Assembly: GCA_016927185.1 (NCBI GenBank)
Contig: JAFGND010000006.1
Coordinates: 1-64,000, forward strand
Direction: 5' to 3'
DNA from: Candidatus Coatesbacteria bacterium
Lineage (GTDB): Bacteria; JAFGND01
Length of the DNA stretch: 64,000 nucleotides
Numbering within the stretch: the first letter of the stretch is position 1; each line of letters begins with the position of its first letter. Shown piece by piece: positions 59,260 to 64,000 of the stretch. Under the pieces are notes generated by a model. The model saw only the letters and a program-made list of their open reading frames with translations, ran no database searches and was not told where the DNA came from. The position numbers were made by a program, and so were the translations under genes.

Positions 59260-60705
59260 ATGAAAAATTTGTTGATTCTCATTTGTTTATTCATGATTCC
59301 CGCTGCATTATTCGCCTGGGAAAAAACCTATGGTGGTGTATTGATAGACAGAGGTTATTCGATAAGGCAGCTTCAGGATGGGAATATCGTAATATCAGGA
59401 TATACATCAACTTATGGAGCAGGTGGTGGAGATGTTTATCTTCTTAAAATTGATACAAATGGAAACAAACTTCTTGAAAAAACATTTGGTGGAGGATCTT
59501 ATGATTTAGGTGCCTCAATCCAAATCCTTCCAAATAATAGCGGATTTGTAATAGGGGGCACTACTTCCTCTTTTGGTAATGGTGCTGAGGATTTCCTGCT
59601 GCTCAAGACAGATAACTCATTCAATACGGTCTTTCAAAAAGCATTTGGAGGTCGTTCAGGCGAATGGTGCAATTCTGTTTCATTGGTGAATGATGGTGGC
59701 TTTATTCTGGCAGGTGAAACTATTTCTTTTGGTGCTGGAGGAAGAGATATATATGTGGTAAGAACAGACGCACAAGGAAATATTATCTGGGCAAAAACCT
59801 TCGGAAGAACTAATGATGAGTATGGGAGATGGGCCATACAAACTGATGAAGGTGGCTTCATAATTGCAGGCTCAACAAATTCTTACGGAAATGGCAAGCA
59901 TGATTGTTTATTAATAAAAACTGACGAGAATGGAAATATTCAATGGGAGAATGTATACGGTGGTTTCGAGCATGATGTTGCAATATCCATCCATTCCCTT
60001 AGCGATGGATATATTATTTGCGGAGAAGCTTCAAATCTTGGTGCCGGAGAAGGAGAAATGTATTTGTTCAAGATAAACAAGCAGGGAACTCTTATATTTG
60101 AAAAGGTATTTGGTGGAAACTCAGTAGACTGGGGAAGAGAAGCTATTCAGACTAATGATGGTGGATTCATAGCATGTGGAGCAACCTATTCTTATGGCTC
60201 AGGAAATCAGGATATGTTCATAGTGAAGACTGATTCAAATGGAAACCTGCAATGGCAAAGCGTAGCAGGTGGCGAGAATGATGATGTAGCATATTCAGTG
60301 ATTCAGACAGAAGATCAGCATTATGCCTTCATTGGATATACTGAATCTTATGGTTCAGGTTATGCTGACGTTTATTTATACAAGACTGAAAAAGAAACAG
60401 GTTTCTCAGCTCAGAAAATCATACCAAAGAAAGAATCTGCAAGCATTGCAACTTATCCTAATCCTTTCAGGAGCAATGTTAATATAAATTATTCCATAAA
60501 GGAAGACGGGCAAATAAAACTCCAGATCTTTGATATTTCCGGCAAACTCATGAAAACTCTTGTTGACGAGAAAAAGCAAAAAGGCAACTATAGTCTGATC
60601 TGGCAAGCAAATACTGACAAGAAAATCAATGGAGGAGTTTTCTTCATCAAGTTATCTTCAAATGACAGGATACTTGCAACAAGAAAAATCCTTCAAATTG
60701 AGTAA
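59260..60705 (+). CDS. Secreted beta-propeller repeat protein with a T9SS-like C-terminal domain
   Basis: SD GGAGG; signal peptide; about seven 'W.K.FGG...T.DGG.I.AG.T.S.G.G..D....KTD..GN' repeats; YPNPF...IFDISGKL. Confidence 0.88.
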   Translation: MKNLLILICLFMIPAALFAWEKTYGGVLIDRGYSIRQLQDGNIVISGYTSTYGAGGGDVYLLKIDTNGNKLLEKTFGGGSYDLGASIQILPNNSGFVIGGTTSSFGNGAEDFLLLKTDNSFNTVFQKAFGGRSGEWCNSVSLVNDGGFILAGETISFGAGGRDIYVVRTDAQGNIIWAKTFGRTNDEYGRWAIQTDEGGFIIAGSTNSYGNGKHDCLLIKTDENGNIQWENVYGGFEHDVAISIHSLSDGYIICGEASNLGAGEGEMYLFKINKQGTLIFEKVFGGNSVDWGREAIQTNDGGFIACGATYSYGSGNQDMFIVKTDSNGNLQWQSVAGGENDDVAYSVIQTEDQHYAFIGYTESYGSGYADVYLYKTEKETGFSAQKIIPKKESASIATYPNPFRSNVNINYSIKEDGQIKLQIFDISGKLMKTLVDEKKQKGNYSLIWQANTDKKINGGVFFIKLSSNDRILATRKILQIE

Positions 60706-60710
60706 AGTAT

Positions 60711-60726
60711 TGGCATGCTTTTTGCT
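60711..60726 (+). promoter_or_regulatory. sigma54 (-24/-12) promoter
   Basis: TGGCATG-CTTT-TTGCT versus consensus TGGCACG-N4-TTGCW, with exact GG/GC spacing. Confidence 0.7.
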
Positions 60727-60820
60727 TTAATTTAATAGTTGACATACTAAAATGAATTTTTAGCTATGTTCTTTGTTAAAATAGTATAGTTTTTTAAACA
60801 AGTGTTGCAGGAGGTAGACA

Positions 60821-61534
60821 ATGAAAAGCAAGTTTTTCTTGGCAATGGCAATGGTTTTCTTGATTTCAATTTTTGGTTGTGGAGGTACTGATACTGATAA
60901 TAATGGTGAAGATGCGCTGATTTATTATAATTTTGATGAATATAATGATGGAGATGTTCCTAGTGATTGGTTTTTCGTTGATGAAGCAAAAGCTGATACA
61001 TTAGGACCTTCAGATTGGTCAATAGCAAGCAAGCAGCTCTATCAAGCTAGCAAAATTGGAGGCACTGATACTACATTTACAGAAACTGACACAACTCAGA
61101 ATCTTTATGGAACTTTTGCTTATGTAGGAAACCAGGATTGGACAGATTATGTATTTGAGGCAAAATTCAAAGCAGTAGATAACAATGGATTGGGATTTAT
61201 CTTCAGACATAGTACAACTGAAGACGGAAAGCATGTATTCTATAGATTCCTGATGGTAAACGATAAATTATTCGGTGGAGAATGCTTCAGACTTGATTAT
61301 TATGATGGTGAAGAATACCACTTGATAAAGAAAACAGACCGTTTAAGTTTTGATATGAACACCACATATAATATGAAGATTGAAGTTTATGGCACATTAA
61401 TAAAAGTTTACAGGAATGAGTGGTTATGCATGGAGCTAAATGATGTAAGTCTTTCGAAAGGTAATGTTGGCTTATTCTGCATGGCAAATAAAGCATATTT
61501 TGATGATATAAAAGTAACGGCTTACGGTTACTAG
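60821..61534 (+). CDS. Lipoprotein with a concanavalin A-like (DUF1080 / thrombospondin C-terminal-like) domain
   Basis: SD GGAGG; lipobox IFGC; WTDY.FE, DNNGLGFIFR, GNVGL, YFDDIKV. Confidence 0.75.
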   Translation: MKSKFFLAMAMVFLISIFGCGGTDTDNNGEDALIYYNFDEYNDGDVPSDWFFVDEAKADTLGPSDWSIASKQLYQASKIGGTDTTFTETDTTQNLYGTFAYVGNQDWTDYVFEAKFKAVDNNGLGFIFRHSTTEDGKHVFYRFLMVNDKLFGGECFRLDYYDGEEYHLIKKTDRLSFDMNTTYNMKIEVYGTLIKVYRNEWLCMELNDVSLSKGNVGLFCMANKAYFDDIKVTAYGY

Positions 61535-61542
61535 ATTTCAAT

Positions 61543-61572
61543 AATTCCCCTTTTTCTGATAAAAGGGGAATT
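61543..61572 (+). terminator. Hairpin, probable intrinsic terminator
   Basis: Perfect 12-bp stem AATTCCCCTTTT-tctgat-AAAAGGGGAATT just after the lipoprotein stop; weak U tract. Confidence 0.65.
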
Positions 61573-61672
61573 TCCTCTTATCTTCCGATAATTAACAAAA
61601 TCAAACTCATTGACATATATTAGGAGTTGGTTTGTTTTGGTTATCGGAAATTTCTTAAAAAAGGGGTAACAA

Positions 61673-63721
61673 ATGTCAGATATGATTTACTTGTGGGCTC
61701 CGATTCTGGGGGGACTGGGATTATTCTATGCTTTTATTACTCTGTTCAGTATAACAAAGAAGAATGCTGGAAATGAAACAATGCAGGCTATTGCAAGACA
61801 AATCGAAGAAGGAGCTAACACCTACTTAATAAGACAGTATAAAATATTATCGATATTCATAATTATAGTGGCAATTATTTTAACACTTGCTATTGAATGG
61901 AGAACAGCCTTTTGCTTCGTTTGCGGTGCTCTATCTTCAATAATCGCAGGTTTTATTGGGATGAGGGCAGCTACAAAAAGCAATGTAAGAACAAGCCAGG
62001 CAGCAACTCTTGGAAGAGATCAGGCTTTGACAGTGGCGTTTTCTGGTGGGTCTGTAATGGGACTGGCAGTAGCTTCTCTGGGAGCGATAGGAATAGGTAT
62101 TCTATATTATGTATTCAAGGATCCCAATTATGTCAGTGGATATGCAATGGGTGCATCTTCAATTGCATTGTTCGCACGTTTAGGCGGAGGAATTTATACT
62201 AAAGCAGCAGATGTCGGAGCAGATCTTGTTGGCAAGGTTGAAGCTGGTATTCCTGAAGATGATCCAAGAAATCCTGCAGTTATTGCAGACAACGTGGGAG
62301 ATAATGTTGGAGATATTGCTGGAATGGGTGCTGACTTGTTTGAATCATATGTAGGTTCAGTCATCGCAACAATGGCAATAGCATCAACCTTTGCATTCAA
62401 TCCTTTATGTCCTCCTGAGCTTAAATCAAATTTACTCGGCTGGATAATACTTCCAGTATTGATAATAGCAGCAGGGTTAGCTTCTTCATTAATAGGAGTC
62501 TGGGGAGTCATATTGCTCTCAAAAATGGATCCACAGAAGGCATTAAGGTATTCAACATATATCTCTGGAATAGCAATCATAGCTGCTTCCTGTTTTCTCG
62601 TTTATCATATACTGGGGCAGCAATTCATGGGAGTATTCTGGGCAACTTTATCTGGTATTCTCTGCGGACTTCTTATTGGAGGCATAACTGAATACTATAC
62701 ATCATATTCTCCTATCAAGAAGATAGCTAAAGCGAGTGAGACAGGTCCAGCAACAAATATCATAACTGGTTTCGCAGTTGGCATGCAGTCAACAGCCTTG
62801 CCAGTACTAGTCATAGTCATAGCAATAGGAATAAGTTATACGCTTGTAGACAAGGCTTTTGCTGGTGCCGGTTTATATGGAATAGCAATTGCTGCTGTTG
62901 GAATGCTCGCAACTGTTGGAATGACAATGAGTGTTGACAGTTATGGTCCTATAGCTGATAATGCTGGCGGAATTTCAGAAATGTCTAAACTTGGACCAGA
63001 AATAAAAAAGATAACTGACAAGCTGGATTCATTAGGTAACACAACTGCAGCAATAGGCAAAGGATTTGCAATAGGTTCAGCAGCCTTGACTGCACTTGCA
63101 TTATTCGCTGCTTATTCACAGGTGGCTGAAGTAAAGCTGGAAGCATTGAGTTTGCTGGATCCTAAAGTCGTAATGGGTATTCTCTGGGGAGCAGTAATGC
63201 CTTACTGGCTTGGCTCTATGGCAATGCTTGCAGTAGGACGTGCTGCTTCGACAATGGTGGAAGAAGTAAGAAGGCAGTTCAGGGAAATAGTTGGGTTGCT
63301 TGAAGGCAAGGAAGATGTAAAGGCAGACAGCAAGAAGTGCGTTGATATCGCTGCAGCTGCTGCCATCAGAGAAATGATACTTCCTGGTTCTATAGCTGTA
63401 GTAATGCCTGTTGCAGTTGGATACCTGCTTGGCAAGAACGCTTTAGGAGGCTTTCTTGCAGGAGCAACTGTTTCAGGAGTTCTGATTGGTATTTTCATGG
63501 CTAATGCTGGAGGAGCATGGGATAACGCCAAGAAGTGGATTGAAGAAGGTAATCTCGGTGGAAAAGGATCCAGTCCTCACAAGGCAGCTGTAGTGGGAGA
63601 CACTGTTGGTGATCCTTTCAAAGATACAGTAGGTCCTTCAATGAACATACTGATAAAACTCATGAGTGTAGTAAGTCTTGTTCTTGCTCCAGTAATCAAG
63701 AATTTTAGCGGATTGTTTTAA
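61673..63721 (+). CDS. hppA: Membrane-bound K+-dependent, probably Na+-translocating pyrophosphatase
   Basis: [42 protein letters not shown]. Confidence 0.95.
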   Translation: MSDMIYLWAPILGGLGLFYAFITLFSITKKNAGNETMQAIARQIEEGANTYLIRQYKILSIFIIIVAIILTLAIEWRTAFCFVCGALSSIIAGFIGMRAATKSNVRTSQAATLGRDQALTVAFSGGSVMGLAVASLGAIGIGILYYVFKDPNYVSGYAMGASSIALFARLGGGIYTKAADVGADLVGKVEAGIPEDDPRNPAVIADNVGDNVGDIAGMGADLFESYVGSVIATMAIASTFAFNPLCPPELKSNLLGWIILPVLIIAAGLASSLIGVWGVILLSKMDPQKALRYSTYISGIAIIAASCFLVYHILGQQFMGVFWATLSGILCGLLIGGITEYYTSYSPIKKIAKASETGPATNIITGFAVGMQSTALPVLVIVIAIGISYTLVDKAFAGAGLYGIAIAAVGMLATVGMTMSVDSYGPIADNAGGISEMSKLGPEIKKITDKLDSLGNTTAAIGKGFAIGSAALTALALFAAYSQVAEVKLEALSLLDPKVVMGILWGAVMPYWLGSMAMLAVGRAASTMVEEVRRQFREIVGLLEGKEDVKADSKKCVDIAAAAAIREMILPGSIAVVMPVAVGYLLGKNALGGFLAGATVSGVLIGIFMANAGGAWDNAKKWIEEGNLGGKGSSPHKAAVVGDTVGDPFKDTVGPSMNILIKLMSVVSLVLAPVIKNFSGLF

Positions 63722-63723
63722 TA

Positions 63724-64000
63724 ATGGATGGATGGCAGGAATTCTCCTGGGGAATGAACTATAATATCGTCTTGGACTTGATAAGAAGAGAACGAGATGA
63801 TATTCAGGTGTCATATATTTTATGTAATGACAGGTCAATTGCGTTTTCAAAGGAGGAATTTGCCAAGCAGCCTCTTTCAATAGGATATTTCCAGTTCGAG
63901 GATCAACAGTTATACGCAGTAGATTTCATTTTCAAGAAAAGAGACAATGAGGATGATGTAATTTCATCTTATAAGAAACTTTCTTTCCTGATAGATTTCA
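63724..64000 (+). CDS. Hypothetical protein, runs off the window end (not in the ORF track)
   Basis: ATG three bases after the hppA stop; open frame MDGWQEFSWGMNYNIVLDLIRR... continues to the window edge. Confidence 0.65.
   Translation, partial: MDGWQEFSWGMNYNIVLDLIRRERDDIQVSYILCNDRSIAFSKEEFAKQPLSIGYFQFEDQQLYAVDFIFKKRDNEDDVISSYKKLSFLIDF

Noticed and set aside
73..63880. Numerous short overlapping ORFs in the six-frame track
   Set aside because: They lie antisense or out of frame within well-supported genes and have no recognisable motifs.
1..64000. Alternative genetic code or stop-codon readthrough
   Set aside because: Conserved genes are full length under code 11, Trp is encoded by TGG, and TGA, TAG and TAA all end genes at expected positions.

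Overview
AT-rich, gene-dense chromosomal segment from a diderm bacterium, read with the standard bacterial code (TGA acts as a stop). T9SS-like C-terminal domains, a GT9 heptosyltransferase, TolC and an E-DUF2764-A-B-D-I-K V-ATPase suggest an FCB-affiliated or similar candidate lineage (inference). Contents in order: B12 radical SAM + GT2; nikR-nikMN-Q-O + tsaE; an alkaline-phosphatase-superfamily lipoprotein; PBP1A; two tRNA-Ser; a GT-C membrane protein; addB-addA; an APH-like protein; the V/A-type ATPase operon; signalling genes (hybrid kinase, GGDEF, two receiver proteins, orphan cheD); tmcAL; pseC and pseG; carbamoyltransferase + SxtJ-like; short alaS; holB; guaB; folC; nadB; several secreted beta-propeller proteins; and a membrane pyrophosphatase. 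I saw no CRISPR array, prophage, integrase or transposase, and cannot support a single complete new multi-gene system. The best leads are: a 70-aa Zn-ribbon protein resembling ribosomal bL38/DUF4295; an apparently circularly permuted beta-sandwich inserted in the phosphatase; orphan CheD next to a receiver protein with a charge-block tail; an APH pseudo-kinase behind the ATPase operon; a candidate NikR operator; a near-consensus sigma54 promoter; a -35-dominant promoter pattern; and an internally deleted permease. All family calls come from motif recognition, not database searches.
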